Notes under the pieces: generated by a model
What the model was told of the DNA's origin: nothing
What the model saw: only the letters and a program-made list of their open reading frames with translations
Databases searched by the model: none
Shown here: positions 49,300 to 59,804 of the stretch, piece after piece
Position numbering within the stretch: the stretch's first letter is position 1
Layout of the letters: each line of letters opens with the position of its first letter
Source of the DNA: a virus
Lineage: Duplodnaviria; Caudoviricetes
Reading direction: 5' to 3' (one strand)
DNA: 62,919 nucleotides
Virus record (IMG/VR): IMGVR_UViG_2162886008_000001
Location: 1 to 62,919 of that record
Made by a program: the position numbers and the translations under genes

Positions 49300-50451
49300 T
49301 TGCCAGATTTAATAACTCAGTTACAGTATAATGACCCACTAGTTATAATTGCTCGAAAGGGTACACCAGAAGATCCTTTTAAAGACAGAGCAGATTCTTT
49401 GCCTGTTATTAATGGAATAATCACACTTTGGGAAATCCCCTCAATGACTGAGCGTGTAACCATTTCTGGAATGAGTGAGATCGATCAAGAAATATTTGAA
49501 CAGAGAAAAATAATTGCAGAAAATGAGTTTCTTGTGCATTACTCGACTGGCGTGGTGCAGTTTCATCCATCACTTGAAGGCACAACCCAATTATGTCGGT
49601 ATAAAGGTCGCGGATTAATCATGTATCCAGCTTCACGCATTTATGCTATGGTTAGCCGTCATCCAGATGTCGTTATCACTCTACAAGACTATATTACCGA
49701 AGTAGAAACCAAACTTGCTGAAAATAACGAACTGATCAATAAAGTTGAAAATCTATTATCAGAGGCAAGAGTAGTGATTGATGAGTCAAGATTATCTACC
49801 GATAATGCCAACACTGCTGCTGAAGCTGCTAATAATGCTGCCGATTTAGCTTTAGATGCCTATAATACCACTCGCCTCGTGTTTAAAAATCCGGTTGCAA
49901 AACAAAAAGATTTATACACTACATATCCCTCCCCTTCCGTTGGTTGGACAGTACAAACATATACAGACGGTAAAAGATATCGGTTTGATGGTAATGATTG
50001 GATAGAGATAGACATCTTCGGTTCTAACTTACAAGTTGTAAATGAATTTAAAGATGGATTAATGTCTGTTGCAGATTATCTGAAACTCAAATCCTATCCT
50101 GACTCATTAAAAGATAGGATTATTTCATTTTCACTCCCCGATGCAGTTCAAGGAGTAATTGAGAATTTTATTCCGTTTCCGTTTAATGGACAATTGATAG
50201 AAATGACAGGATATTGTGAGATCGCTGGTGAAATGGCTTCTCAGATTTCTTTAGAAAAGTCTAGAAACTTAACGGATTGGACTGAAATCACGGATAGAAG
50301 ATTAAGATTTGAACCCAATCAACACTTCGATGACAAGTTAATCACATTTAAGAATACAACGATTGAAGCTGGAGATATTTTTCGAATCAACATGAATACT
50401 CAAGGAATGGGTATTTATAATATCACCATAAACCTAAAAATAAGAATATAA
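49300..50451 (+). CDS. Tail fibre/baseplate protein with coiled coil
   Basis: Ala-rich heptads ANTAAEAANNAA, DGLMS..D..KL motif. Confidence 0.65.
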   Translation: MPDLITQLQYNDPLVIIARKGTPEDPFKDRADSLPVINGIITLWEIPSMTERVTISGMSEIDQEIFEQRKIIAENEFLVHYSTGVVQFHPSLEGTTQLCRYKGRGLIMYPASRIYAMVSRHPDVVITLQDYITEVETKLAENNELINKVENLLSEARVVIDESRLSTDNANTAAEAANNAADLALDAYNTTRLVFKNPVAKQKDLYTTYPSPSVGWTVQTYTDGKRYRFDGNDWIEIDIFGSNLQVVNEFKDGLMSVADYLKLKSYPDSLKDRIISFSLPDAVQGVIENFIPFPFNGQLIEMTGYCEIAGEMASQISLEKSRNLTDWTEITDRRLRFEPNQHFDDKLITFKNTTIEAGDIFRINMNTQGMGIYNITINLKIRI

Positions 50452-50465
50452 AGGAGAAATAATAA

Positions 50466-51008
50466 ATGCCAGTACCTATCGTTACATGGATGAATGGAAC
50501 GCATACAGCGCCAGTCTCAACACCTTTTAATTTTGGAGTCATCGACGCAGATGACCTCTCTCCTGTCTATACCTTTAATATTTGGAATAATAAAGGTGGA
50601 ACCACAGATGTATCTAAAATGGAAGATTGCACAATCACTACAAGAGATATGAGTGGTGGTCTGGGAAATACGGTTGGAAGTGAAATTGAAGTGGTAAAGA
50701 ATAACTGGTTTCATGCTCAAGTCGATTCACTTGGTGAGACAGACTTATCACAAGAATCGAGCCGAATTGGTAAAGATTATTCCAAGCCAATAGGCACAAC
50801 TGGTTCTACAAAGAAAGATAATGCGGGAGTAAGTTATCCTACTCCTATTACTCCAGCAGCAAAAGAAATTTTAGGGGTTAAAAACAATGGTAATCCGACT
50901 GATGCTGCTGGTAACTATGCCACTGTAAGTCTCCAAGCAGATGTACCACTTGAAGCTAAGAGCGGACAGCAAAGTTTTAAAATTCGGGTCTCATACCGTT
51001 ATGTTTAA
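50466..51008 (+). CDS. Tail structural protein
   Basis: Beta-rich, IWNNKGG motif, strong RBS, followed by a terminator. Confidence 0.65.
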   Translation: MPVPIVTWMNGTHTAPVSTPFNFGVIDADDLSPVYTFNIWNNKGGTTDVSKMEDCTITTRDMSGGLGNTVGSEIEVVKNNWFHAQVDSLGETDLSQESSRIGKDYSKPIGTTGSTKKDNAGVSYPTPITPAAKEILGVKNNGNPTDAAGNYATVSLQADVPLEAKSGQQSFKIRVSYRYV

Positions 51009-51030
51009 TAATTAAAAATACATATTTGCA

Positions 51031-51062
51031 AAAGAGGCACAGATGATGTGTCTCTTTTCTGT
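51031..51062 (+). terminator. Intrinsic terminator
   Basis: AAAGAGGCACA..TGTGTCTCTTT followed by a T-run. Confidence 0.65.
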
Positions 51063-51091
51063 TTATCTCACAATACAATGGGGGAACATTT

Positions 51092-51712
51092 ATGATTTTT
51101 GGCAATCCACAATACAGGTATTCACCTGTTCCAGAAGGTCAACATTTCGTTTGGCTGGCTGAATACTACGATTCAACCTATCTATCCGAGTTTAACTTCG
51201 ATGACAGAAAAGAACATAACTTTTATACGATTGATCGAAACAAACTCATTCGTTTTGGTCTTGTTGGCATGGGGTCTCAAATTTATTTTGACGTTGCAAA
51301 TGGCGTTTTTAACATTAATAAAAATCGAATACAACTGTCCTACATGGCTGATGAGATAGAGTATCCATTAACAGGTAGAACGTTTCTTTATAATGACATT
51401 ATCCAATATAAAGATGCAATTGGAGACGGAAAACTATTGAGTAAAACCGCTACAGGTCGCATCAAAGGACATATTGAATCTCACAACGTTGGATATAAAA
51501 AGAAAATGGAACTTGCGGGTGTAAATATACACCTACGAGTGATTCTTCATATCCCACAAAGAAAAAATGAAGGATTGTATCTGGAAGTTAAGATTTCAGC
51601 AGATAAAGATTTGGATGGCAAACTGGTTTTTAGAGTCAATGGCTTAGTTGCAAATGAAGTACATGCTCCATTGATTGAGAAAAGAGCCGGAATAATAAAT
51701 TGGCATCTATAG
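51092..51712 (+). CDS. Hypothetical phage protein
   Basis: 206-aa co-oriented ORF with RBS. Confidence 0.7.
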   Translation: MIFGNPQYRYSPVPEGQHFVWLAEYYDSTYLSEFNFDDRKEHNFYTIDRNKLIRFGLVGMGSQIYFDVANGVFNINKNRIQLSYMADEIEYPLTGRTFLYNDIIQYKDAIGDGKLLSKTATGRIKGHIESHNVGYKKKMELAGVNIHLRVILHIPQRKNEGLYLEVKISADKDLDGKLVFRVNGLVANEVHAPLIEKRAGIINWHL

Positions 51713-51727
51713 AAAGGAAGATTCGCA

Positions 51728-52072
51728 ATGGAAGGATTCTATACAGATATATACAATCGCGTATGGGGCAATAAAGCAATTGATGAAACAGTAGTAATCA
51801 CTTCTTCTAATAATGAAATTACTATTTTTTCTGCCGAAAACTCGTATGCTCTTAATGTTCCAGTAGGAACTTACAAAACAAGCTATGTGACCGGAAGTTC
51901 CGAGTTAGTCGATATAATTCGGACTGCAATTCAGACTAGCCTCTACCCCATCGAAGTTTTTCTAGGTGGACTGCATAAAGATGTAAAATACAACTCAATT
52001 GTTTTTAAGTTGTCCGATGGTGCAGAAATCATCAATATTAGTGGAACCTTTTTTGAAAATTTCTTAATGTAA
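51728..52072 (+). CDS. Hypothetical phage protein
   Basis: 114-aa co-oriented ORF with AAAGGA RBS. Confidence 0.7.
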   Translation: MEGFYTDIYNRVWGNKAIDETVVITSSNNEITIFSAENSYALNVPVGTYKTSYVTGSSELVDIIRTAIQTSLYPIEVFLGGLHKDVKYNSIVFKLSDGAEIINISGTFFENFLM

Positions 52073-52085
52073 AGGTTGGTGAAAT

Positions 52086-52652
52086 ATGGCTACACAAGAA
52101 ATTGGGATACCTATTGATTTAAGTAAAGGCACATTTGGAAATACAGTTTTTCTTAATGGCAAGCTGCAATTAGTTGAGATCGCCAAAGATGATAATAATG
52201 TTTCCATATACCCACCGGAAGGATATTGGATTTCAGAATCAATCCGAATTGCAGACAAGGTTACTTCTTTTAAGTACATTGCAAAAAATAGTGTCGGTAC
52301 AGGAACCATAAAGATTTTCACTCAGTCGTCATCCGATGGCTTCACATGGTCTGAGTGGCAAGAAATAAATTATGCCGATGGAGGTATTCTTACACCAGTT
52401 GGATATTATGCCAGAATAAAAATATTCATATATGCAGGAAACGGAAACACTAACTTCACAATTGATGAATTTACTATAGCAAACAAGTATATAAATCCAT
52501 ATGTAAATTCGTCAAATGGAGTATTGGAACTAAAGACATCATATTCTTCTCCTACAATTATTGATGATACATGGATTGAAGAGGGCACAGTTTTAAGTTG
52601 TAATATTCAGAAAAGCAGTTTTAAGAAAATCAACAAAATATCTTTGAATTAG
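52086..52652 (+). CDS. Tail-associated protein with degenerate shared C-terminal motif
   Basis: C-terminus EEGTVLSCNIQKSSFKKINKISLN; WSEW motif as in 48652. Confidence 0.65.
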   Translation: MATQEIGIPIDLSKGTFGNTVFLNGKLQLVEIAKDDNNVSIYPPEGYWISESIRIADKVTSFKYIAKNSVGTGTIKIFTQSSSDGFTWSEWQEINYADGGILTPVGYYARIKIFIYAGNGNTNFTIDEFTIANKYINPYVNSSNGVLELKTSYSSPTIIDDTWIEEGTVLSCNIQKSSFKKINKISLN

Positions 52653-52699
52653 ATAGCATATAACTTTATTTGATATTTCGTAAAGAAAGGAGATCAAAG

Positions 52700-53467
52700 A
52701 TGAGTGTGAATAAGTCTTTAATTAAACATAATAATGTATATAAAAAATGGATAGAATCAGCCCCTCCAACCATTGAACGTTCCTCAGTAACAGCTATACC
52801 CAAAATGACAAGTAATACTTCGCCCAGCGGAAGAGCGTTTGCGAGTTCTATATACTCTGATACTTACGATGCGTATAAGGCATTTAATCAAATAGATGAA
52901 ACAGAAGGATATGCAACTGCTAGTAATGTTACATCTGGATATTTAGGTTATGAATTTAGTTCTCCAATTGTCATTGGTCAATATGCTGTAAGAAGCATAC
53001 ATTCAAGTGCCAACCTGAATAAAATGCCGAAAGATTGGACTTTTGAAGCATCAAATGATGGTGTAAATTGGATTGTTTTGGATACACAAAAAAATCAATT
53101 GTGGTCAACCTCATACACCGATAAAAGTTATAATATACAAAATGTTACTAGTTATCTAAGGTACCGTTTAAACTGGAGTACGAATGGAGCGGGTTCGGGG
53201 TACACAGATGTTAACGAACTAAAGATGTTCGAAGTAATTAGAATAACACCATCCATACCTCCAGCATGGCAGACAATATCAGCAACTCTTCCTTCGAAAG
53301 ACACTTTTGTTAATGATGGCATGAGCGATTTGTCAATTTTAGATCGAAAAGCAACAACCCTTAATCAAGCAATGTCCAATAATGGCGCATTAGGAATCGG
53401 CAAGATATTTAAGACAACAATTGATCTAAATAAATATTTTGAAATTCAAAAGCTGATTGTGAAGTAA
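52700..53467 (+). CDS. Discoidin (F5/8 type C)-like protein, putative adhesin/RBP
   Basis: IPKMTSNTSPSG, AYKAF, PKDWTFEASNDG.NW..LD, Y..YRL. Confidence 0.8.
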   Translation: MSVNKSLIKHNNVYKKWIESAPPTIERSSVTAIPKMTSNTSPSGRAFASSIYSDTYDAYKAFNQIDETEGYATASNVTSGYLGYEFSSPIVIGQYAVRSIHSSANLNKMPKDWTFEASNDGVNWIVLDTQKNQLWSTSYTDKSYNIQNVTSYLRYRLNWSTNGAGSGYTDVNELKMFEVIRITPSIPPAWQTISATLPSKDTFVNDGMSDLSILDRKATTLNQAMSNNGALGIGKIFKTTIDLNKYFEIQKLIVK

Positions 53468-53539
53468 GACTTAACCAATTGAGAACTAAGATTTTTTAAC
53501 CCTTGTTGCGTTAGGACTTTTAAGGATAGGAGTGATTAT

Positions 53540-54667
53540 ATGCCCAAATATACTAGCATAGTGCCAATTATGTCATCTAATAGTCAGGATGGCTTTACTT
53601 TAACGTCAACCACAGCGACCACTGCCGCATATTATGCTTTTGATGGAAAGTATGGTACTACTTTAAATTATTATAGAAGTAGCACAGTTCCCACTTTACC
53701 AGAATACCTAACCATTACTTTTCCGAAAACTTATAAAATTGCAAGATATACTATTTCAATAGGATATTATGATGTTCAATATACCAATATGAATACATGG
53801 GACCTAGAAGGATTAGTTAATGGCTCTTGGGTAGTTTTACATAGTGGCAGTAATACGCAAATAGCAAGCACTCTTACATTTGATATAACTCCAACCGATG
53901 TGACGAGTATAAGAATTAAATGCAATACTAGATTTGGAACAAATTCCTGGGGTATTGATGAATTATCTTTTTATGAAAAGACCTATTACTATAAAACTTT
54001 GCTTTCATCAAATAATAAACTCTATTCCCCACCAAGTAATATGGAAGTGATAAAACCAGATAATGCTCTAGCAGATACAACTTACGGTTCTAATTATAGC
54101 CCACTATATTTATTTGATGATAATGCTAACACAGGCTGGAATGCACTGAATACATCTGGTGTAATTACTTATATTTTTAGTGACCACGTAAGATTATACT
54201 GTTATGACATTTTACCTTTTTCAGCATTCACAGATAGATCTCCGAAAAGTTGGACTGTTCAAGGAAGTAAAGATAATGTGAGTTGGGTCAATATTAAAAC
54301 GGAGAGCAATCAAACGAGTTGGGCTTCAGGTACAATCAAAAGATTTATCATTTTTGATGATTTTGATGATAGTGAAAACGGTAAATACAAATACTACAGA
54401 TTTAATTTCACTTCAAATAATGGAGGGAATTGGGTAGCGCTTGCAGAGTTAACCACATATCGTTACACTTACGAAAAATTATCTGTAATTAGTGGACAGG
54501 TTAACGAAGCAATGTTTGTAAATTACGGAACAGATAATATGAATATAGGAAGTAAAAAAAGTATTATAAGTTTGATCACATCGAATTATGTTGGATTGGG
54601 TTCGGGCAAGAGTTTTGAACATACAATTGATTTATCGAAGAAGAAAGTAAATAAGATCACGTTATAG
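53540..54667 (+). CDS. Tandem discoidin-like protein, putative adhesin/RBP
   Basis: AYYAFDG...W.LEG and LFDDN..TGW...SPKSWTVQGSKD..SW domains. Confidence 0.8.
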   Translation: MPKYTSIVPIMSSNSQDGFTLTSTTATTAAYYAFDGKYGTTLNYYRSSTVPTLPEYLTITFPKTYKIARYTISIGYYDVQYTNMNTWDLEGLVNGSWVVLHSGSNTQIASTLTFDITPTDVTSIRIKCNTRFGTNSWGIDELSFYEKTYYYKTLLSSNNKLYSPPSNMEVIKPDNALADTTYGSNYSPLYLFDDNANTGWNALNTSGVITYIFSDHVRLYCYDILPFSAFTDRSPKSWTVQGSKDNVSWVNIKTESNQTSWASGTIKRFIIFDDFDDSENGKYKYYRFNFTSNNGGNWVALAELTTYRYTYEKLSVISGQVNEAMFVNYGTDNMNIGSKKSIISLITSNYVGLGSGKSFEHTIDLSKKKVNKITL

Positions 54668-54719
54668 TTAATCATTACAAAACTCCTTCTTCTATTCCTA
54701 AAGGTTGGTGACATCATAA

Positions 54720-55979
54720 ATGGCAGACAACGTATATTTTGATAGTAGTAAAAAAACTGGAACGGTTACACTTTCCAACAATAATCTGACTGCTAAATTA
54801 GATAGTAACAACGCATTTGATAGCGTAAATATCGGGAGAACAACAGGAAAATACTACTGGGAAATAAAAATAGATAGTAAAGCAACCTCAGCAACTTCCC
54901 TTATCGGGATTATTGAAAATACTAGTTTTATAAGCATAACTAGCAGTAATATACGAGCGTATATGGGATATACTTCTCCACAAAAAAAACCCGAATCAAC
55001 CACTTATGGCAGCAACTTTTCAACAGGTGACATTGCGTCTGTATTACTAAATATTGACGACGGTACATTAGAATTTTGGAAAAATGGTGTTTCTCAAGGT
55101 ATATCTCATACAAACATTAAACTTTTAACAACACCTATTTTCGCAGCAGTGTTTCATGCTAGTTCAGGTAATCCAACGACTGTTACAGCTAATTTTGGGG
55201 CAACTCCATTTACTTATAAAATGCCACTAGATTACCATTCATATGATCTATCTCAATCAACTGTTGAAAAATTCTTGATTTCAACAAATCAAAAAAATTA
55301 TTCAGTAAAAAAACTGGTTGATAAAAATGTAAGTATTATCTCGCCAATGTCTTCAGATAGTACAAGTACTCAAATAACAACGGCCGATGCTTATAGTAGT
55401 GGACGTAATCCATATCTTGCATTCGATGGTGTTACAACTACCTCATGGTCTACAAATTCAATGACTATTCCAACTGGTGGCCATTGGTTACAAATTAAAT
55501 TTAGTGAAAAAAAGTGTATAAATAAAATATCTTTAACTTCATATGAGGTTAGTACAGGATATCCATCAATTAAAGATTTTACTATATATGGCTCCAATGA
55601 TGGCATTCAGTTCGATAGCTTATTTACAGGCACTCAACAAAATAATACAACAAAGCAAACATATAGTTTTAGCAATAAAGTCTTATACGGAACATATAGG
55701 ATAACCATACCATCGTCATATCATAGCAGCTATGCTGTTGGCATTTCAGAAATGGAGATGTTTGAGGATGATAAATTTATGCTAAAAACTATAGATTCTG
55801 CAAGTGAATCATTGTTTACTAAGTATGGGATGAATAAAAATGATGAAGTAAATATGGCTTCCCCTATAAGTTCTACAGTATTTATCAGTATTCAGTCAAG
55901 TGATTTGGGTTCCGGAAAAGTTTTTAAACAGAATATTGATACAAGCAAAAGACCAATTAAAAGCATATCGATTACTTAA
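54720..55979 (+). CDS. SPRY + discoidin-like protein, putative adhesin/RBP
   Basis: GKYYWEI, GDI..VLLN.DDGTLEFWKNGVSQG, ANFGATPF.Y (SPRY); YLAFDG..TTSW, FTIYGSNDG. Confidence 0.82.
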   Translation: MADNVYFDSSKKTGTVTLSNNNLTAKLDSNNAFDSVNIGRTTGKYYWEIKIDSKATSATSLIGIIENTSFISITSSNIRAYMGYTSPQKKPESTTYGSNFSTGDIASVLLNIDDGTLEFWKNGVSQGISHTNIKLLTTPIFAAVFHASSGNPTTVTANFGATPFTYKMPLDYHSYDLSQSTVEKFLISTNQKNYSVKKLVDKNVSIISPMSSDSTSTQITTADAYSSGRNPYLAFDGVTTTSWSTNSMTIPTGGHWLQIKFSEKKCINKISLTSYEVSTGYPSIKDFTIYGSNDGIQFDSLFTGTQQNNTTKQTYSFSNKVLYGTYRITIPSSYHSSYAVGISEMEMFEDDKFMLKTIDSASESLFTKYGMNKNDEVNMASPISSTVFISIQSSDLGSGKVFKQNIDTSKRPIKSISIT

Positions 55980-56027
55980 GAAATAAAGTAATCGTTGATT
56001 AAATTATGAAGAAGGGAGATAGATGAA

Positions 56028-58013
56028 ATGACAACAATTTATATAAAGACACAGGCAAACAACTCTGAAAGCATAGGTTTGTTTTCTTGGGTTCGATTAA
56101 AACAGAATGGGTTATATTTACCAATTAATAAAGAAAACAATCTCGTTGATCACAATATGAATGCACGTATAGATGGAATTAATGAAATCTTTACTGGTGC
56201 AACATCCATAGGAGCGCCATATTATACGGGAAGTGCAGCAAAAGCGTATTATGTTTTTAAATTCGAAATCGAAGATAATTTTACTCTAGAGTTTACTGAT
56301 TGGGCTAACACAACTTTCGGTAAGCCGTACAGTGTTTTTGTTAGTTATGACAATATCAATTACGAGCTAGTTGCCAACAATAATACAAACATTGGTACAG
56401 GGAAGATATTTAGTGTAAATGTAACAGTAATTTATGGCAAATTAATCGTAAAAGACGATCTTGGTTATAAGTCATACTCAAATGGGTGGATTGATCTTGG
56501 TTCTTCATATCCGACTGAAACTGTTTTTATGAATCAAGGTGTTTTTCAATTAAAAGTAGTGGAAATACCTTTTTCAGCATGGGGAACACTTCAGGGTAAT
56601 GTAGAATTACATTTTTATTCATCTAATCCAAGCAGAACAACAACATCATTTAATATTGAAACAACTCCGTTTACTCTTTTTGAGGAATGGGAAGACCAAG
56701 AAATAAAAATTATAGAGTACACAGACAATCTAACACAAACTGAATCTACTGTATCAATGAGAACAGAACCTTTCTCTTTATATAGTGAACTTGGTAATAG
56801 CGTAGACGTTTTATACTATACGGACGATCCAGATAAAGCATCTGCGAATGTCGAATTTACTGCTAATTATACTCCTTTGGATGAAATTGAAGGCGATTTC
56901 GAGGTTGTTACATGGAGTGATACAGTTGTTACAGCAGGAAATGAACCCAAATTAACTTATTCTGCTCTTCCATTTGAGCAATTGATTGTGCCAGCAACAG
57001 ACTTCAAATCTTATGGAAGTGTAAAATCTTTAGTGGCACAAAAAATAAATCAGGCACAAGACGGAAAATTAAGATTTATTGTCTCCTTTGACTCGGGTAC
57101 AACCTGGAAGACATACATATTCAATAAATGGAGAGTTATTGATGTGGGAAATTTTGAGTTGATTTGTAGAAAAGGAATGACTATTGATATTCTTAATGCC
57201 ATACCAGAAAGCGATTTATCGGGAATAAATCGAATTGGATATTATCTGGATAACAGTATTCACAATAGTAGTGAAAATATCCAGTTAGATTATGTTAAAG
57301 TCATTTCAAGTGCTCCAATCAATGATGTTAAATTTGATAATTTGGCATTCTATCTGTTGAATACAACGGCCACGATTCAAGTTTCTCTACAAGGAAATAA
57401 AATTGTTGGAACTCTTGATGATGTTGATGCAGGCAGAGTTCAGTATCGCGTTCTACTAAACAACTCCCCCTACTATCCTTCAAGTGGATTTTCTACCTTG
57501 CTGTCAGCCCCCGTAAATATTCAACTCAACATATCTGATAGCAATATCCTTTTCGGACAAGAAAATGTGTTAAGGGTAGAGTTTCAAGATTATTGGGGTC
57601 AGACAGATTATTGGGAGACAACTTTTGTAGGAACTTATTCCGGAATTATGTTTAAAGATGAAAGTGGACATTTTTATTCAACATCAATTGGTGAAGTTTT
57701 GAAACACTTGGATTTTGAAGACATAATCGCTGGTCAAACTACACTAGAACAAAAAGTTATTGTTAAGAATCAATTGGGTGTACAACTACAAAATCTAATA
57801 CTTGAAGTTCAAAAAGACAAGTTACCTGAAGGTGTAAAGATTGAGTTATCTCGTTCAAACTTTCCATTTGCTCCTGAAGATCCGCTATTGTTCAATATGT
57901 TCTTCAATGTTGATGAAGAGTTTGAATTTTACACAAGAATTGTAACAGATATTCAGGCTCCAGCAGCACCAAATGGAGAATTTGAAGTTAGAGCTAAGGC
58001 AGATCCAGTATGA
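56028..58013 (+). CDS. Large tail-associated protein
   Basis: 661 aa; VSFDSGTTWK (Asp-box-like); internal repeat T.PF.L..E. Confidence 0.7.
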   Translation: MTTIYIKTQANNSESIGLFSWVRLKQNGLYLPINKENNLVDHNMNARIDGINEIFTGATSIGAPYYTGSAAKAYYVFKFEIEDNFTLEFTDWANTTFGKPYSVFVSYDNINYELVANNNTNIGTGKIFSVNVTVIYGKLIVKDDLGYKSYSNGWIDLGSSYPTETVFMNQGVFQLKVVEIPFSAWGTLQGNVELHFYSSNPSRTTTSFNIETTPFTLFEEWEDQEIKIIEYTDNLTQTESTVSMRTEPFSLYSELGNSVDVLYYTDDPDKASANVEFTANYTPLDEIEGDFEVVTWSDTVVTAGNEPKLTYSALPFEQLIVPATDFKSYGSVKSLVAQKINQAQDGKLRFIVSFDSGTTWKTYIFNKWRVIDVGNFELICRKGMTIDILNAIPESDLSGINRIGYYLDNSIHNSSENIQLDYVKVISSAPINDVKFDNLAFYLLNTTATIQVSLQGNKIVGTLDDVDAGRVQYRVLLNNSPYYPSSGFSTLLSAPVNIQLNISDSNILFGQENVLRVEFQDYWGQTDYWETTFVGTYSGIMFKDESGHFYSTSIGEVLKHLDFEDIIAGQTTLEQKVIVKNQLGVQLQNLILEVQKDKLPEGVKIELSRSNFPFAPEDPLLFNMFFNVDEEFEFYTRIVTDIQAPAAPNGEFEVRAKADPV

Positions 58014-58043
58014 TCTCAATACAATGAGATAGGAAGTGTGTAA

Positions 58044-59753
58044 GTGGATGAAGTAAATGAAATAAGCAGTATTATTACGGTTAAAAACAGACTTTCTAGC
58101 CGATTAACTGGAAGTTTTAATCTTTATCGTCAAGAGGACGACGAAATTGAAGCTACTCTTTTAATCAAACAACATATTGGTGATGATTTAAGGTCTAGCA
58201 TTTCAGCTAGAGTAGCCAACGAACACGATGTTAACTCCACAATGGATGTCATGTATCGAGGGAATGGTGATGTTGAAAGCATCATTGAAGCTGTTGCAGT
58301 ACAGTACCTAGAATCATACATAGAAGTTAGACCACACAATCAAATGTATGGCAAGTTTGAACTGTTGAGCGCTCCCAAAAAAATTGTATCTCTTGCTCCC
58401 ATTGCGGATGCTACAACAAGAAGCAGAGAAGATTTACGCACAATCAATTATGGCGATACGCGCAGTATGTTAACAGGTCAAAGCGATGGTGAAACATTCG
58501 GGTCGTTTATACAGTTTGCAGACTTTGAGAATTCTATTCCCGATCTAAAGTTTATTGAGAATACAAAATTAAGATTGTACTATGCTAATTTCACCAATGG
58601 ATCAAATTTGGAGTTACACCAGCCAAATACCATCTGGAGAGAAATGGGTGTTACGGATGCAAACAAACCCAATTCAGTTGAAAAACTGGTCGATCAATAC
58701 ACTGTAAATACTGTTGAGAGATATGTTGAGTTTGACATAAAAGATGTAGCCTTGAGATGGCAGTCAAAAGAATTAGATAATTATGGCTTTATTATCTCAA
58801 CAGAAGAAAATGAACGATTTACTTTCTTCACAAGAGAATCAGACAGGTCGCCCCTACTCATCATTGAGTACATAACTTCTCAGGTTTTCAGTATTGGACG
58901 AAGTGAATTAGAATCTCAGGTTTTTGTTTATGGTGCTGGAAGAAAAGATTTATCGGGTGTTCTTACTGTAAAAAGTACTGTAGGAATTGAATATTTAGAG
59001 TCAAGTCTTTATGTTCACCGGATAGCAGACCCCGTACTTTCTGATCTAAAGAGCAATGTGGCCGCATCTAGACCAGACATGTTTTCAACCATCACAGTTA
59101 AGATTCCGGCTAATTCATCGATTGATTCTTTGATTACAGTTGGATATAGGAAGACAGACGAAATTAGTGGTAGAATCAGTGTCAATCGTCCCGAACTGAA
59201 TAGTATTTTAGTTGTATCGAATCACACCAAAGCCAGCAACTTCATGAGTGGCGAGTTGATTGTTAAATCATCAGAACAAGAAGAATGGCTTGCGTCTAAA
59301 GTTTCAATTTCTAAACCAGATATCAATTCATACCTAACAGTTAAAGCTATTGATGTGAGTGATTTAGAATCTCTAATTGAAGTCCCTTTCTATGATAACA
59401 TCGATGCTTTATTTGGTTATTCAAAACCTCAAATTGATGCTGAATTAACCGTAAAATACACAAGTGATACAGAAAGCTATTTATATGTAAAGGAAAAAGA
59501 ATACTTAGAGTCGATTATTGATGTTAAAAATATAAGTGAAATTCCAGGTTCTATGATAGTAAAAGTATTCGAACAAATTGATGGTGGAATTACAATCAAT
59601 ACTCCTGAACTTTTTGGATGGCTGTCTCCCAGAGTATCGGGTGAAAATGATCTAAACGCAGAAATCCTTATTAAGAAAAGGAACGTCGGTGATTTAAATA
59701 GCTATATCAGCGTCAGAGGAAAGGGTAACAGAAACTTTGTAATAATATTTTAA
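58044..59753 (+). CDS. DNRLRE/CBM96-like domain protein with short beta repeats
   Basis: PIADAT...INYG, W.E.GVT..N.P, NYGFII, F.TRES...PLL.IEY; repeated L.S.I.V units. Confidence 0.7.
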   Translation: MDEVNEISSIITVKNRLSSRLTGSFNLYRQEDDEIEATLLIKQHIGDDLRSSISARVANEHDVNSTMDVMYRGNGDVESIIEAVAVQYLESYIEVRPHNQMYGKFELLSAPKKIVSLAPIADATTRSREDLRTINYGDTRSMLTGQSDGETFGSFIQFADFENSIPDLKFIENTKLRLYYANFTNGSNLELHQPNTIWREMGVTDANKPNSVEKLVDQYTVNTVERYVEFDIKDVALRWQSKELDNYGFIISTEENERFTFFTRESDRSPLLIIEYITSQVFSIGRSELESQVFVYGAGRKDLSGVLTVKSTVGIEYLESSLYVHRIADPVLSDLKSNVAASRPDMFSTITVKIPANSSIDSLITVGYRKTDEISGRISVNRPELNSILVVSNHTKASNFMSGELIVKSSEQEEWLASKVSISKPDINSYLTVKAIDVSDLESLIEVPFYDNIDALFGYSKPQIDAELTVKYTSDTESYLYVKEKEYLESIIDVKNISEIPGSMIVKVFEQIDGGITINTPELFGWLSPRVSGENDLNAEILIKKRNVGDLNSYISVRGKGNRNFVIIF

Positions 59754-59804
59754 ATTCATTAAGAGAGGACGAAACATTCCTCTCTTTTATTATGTTTTCG
59801 GAGA

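Noticed and set aside
52700-55979. Diversity-generating retroelement or invertible shufflon acting on the adhesin genes
   Set aside because: No reverse transcriptase or invertase, no near-identical TR/VR pair noticed, all genes co-oriented; similarity is seen only at protein-motif level
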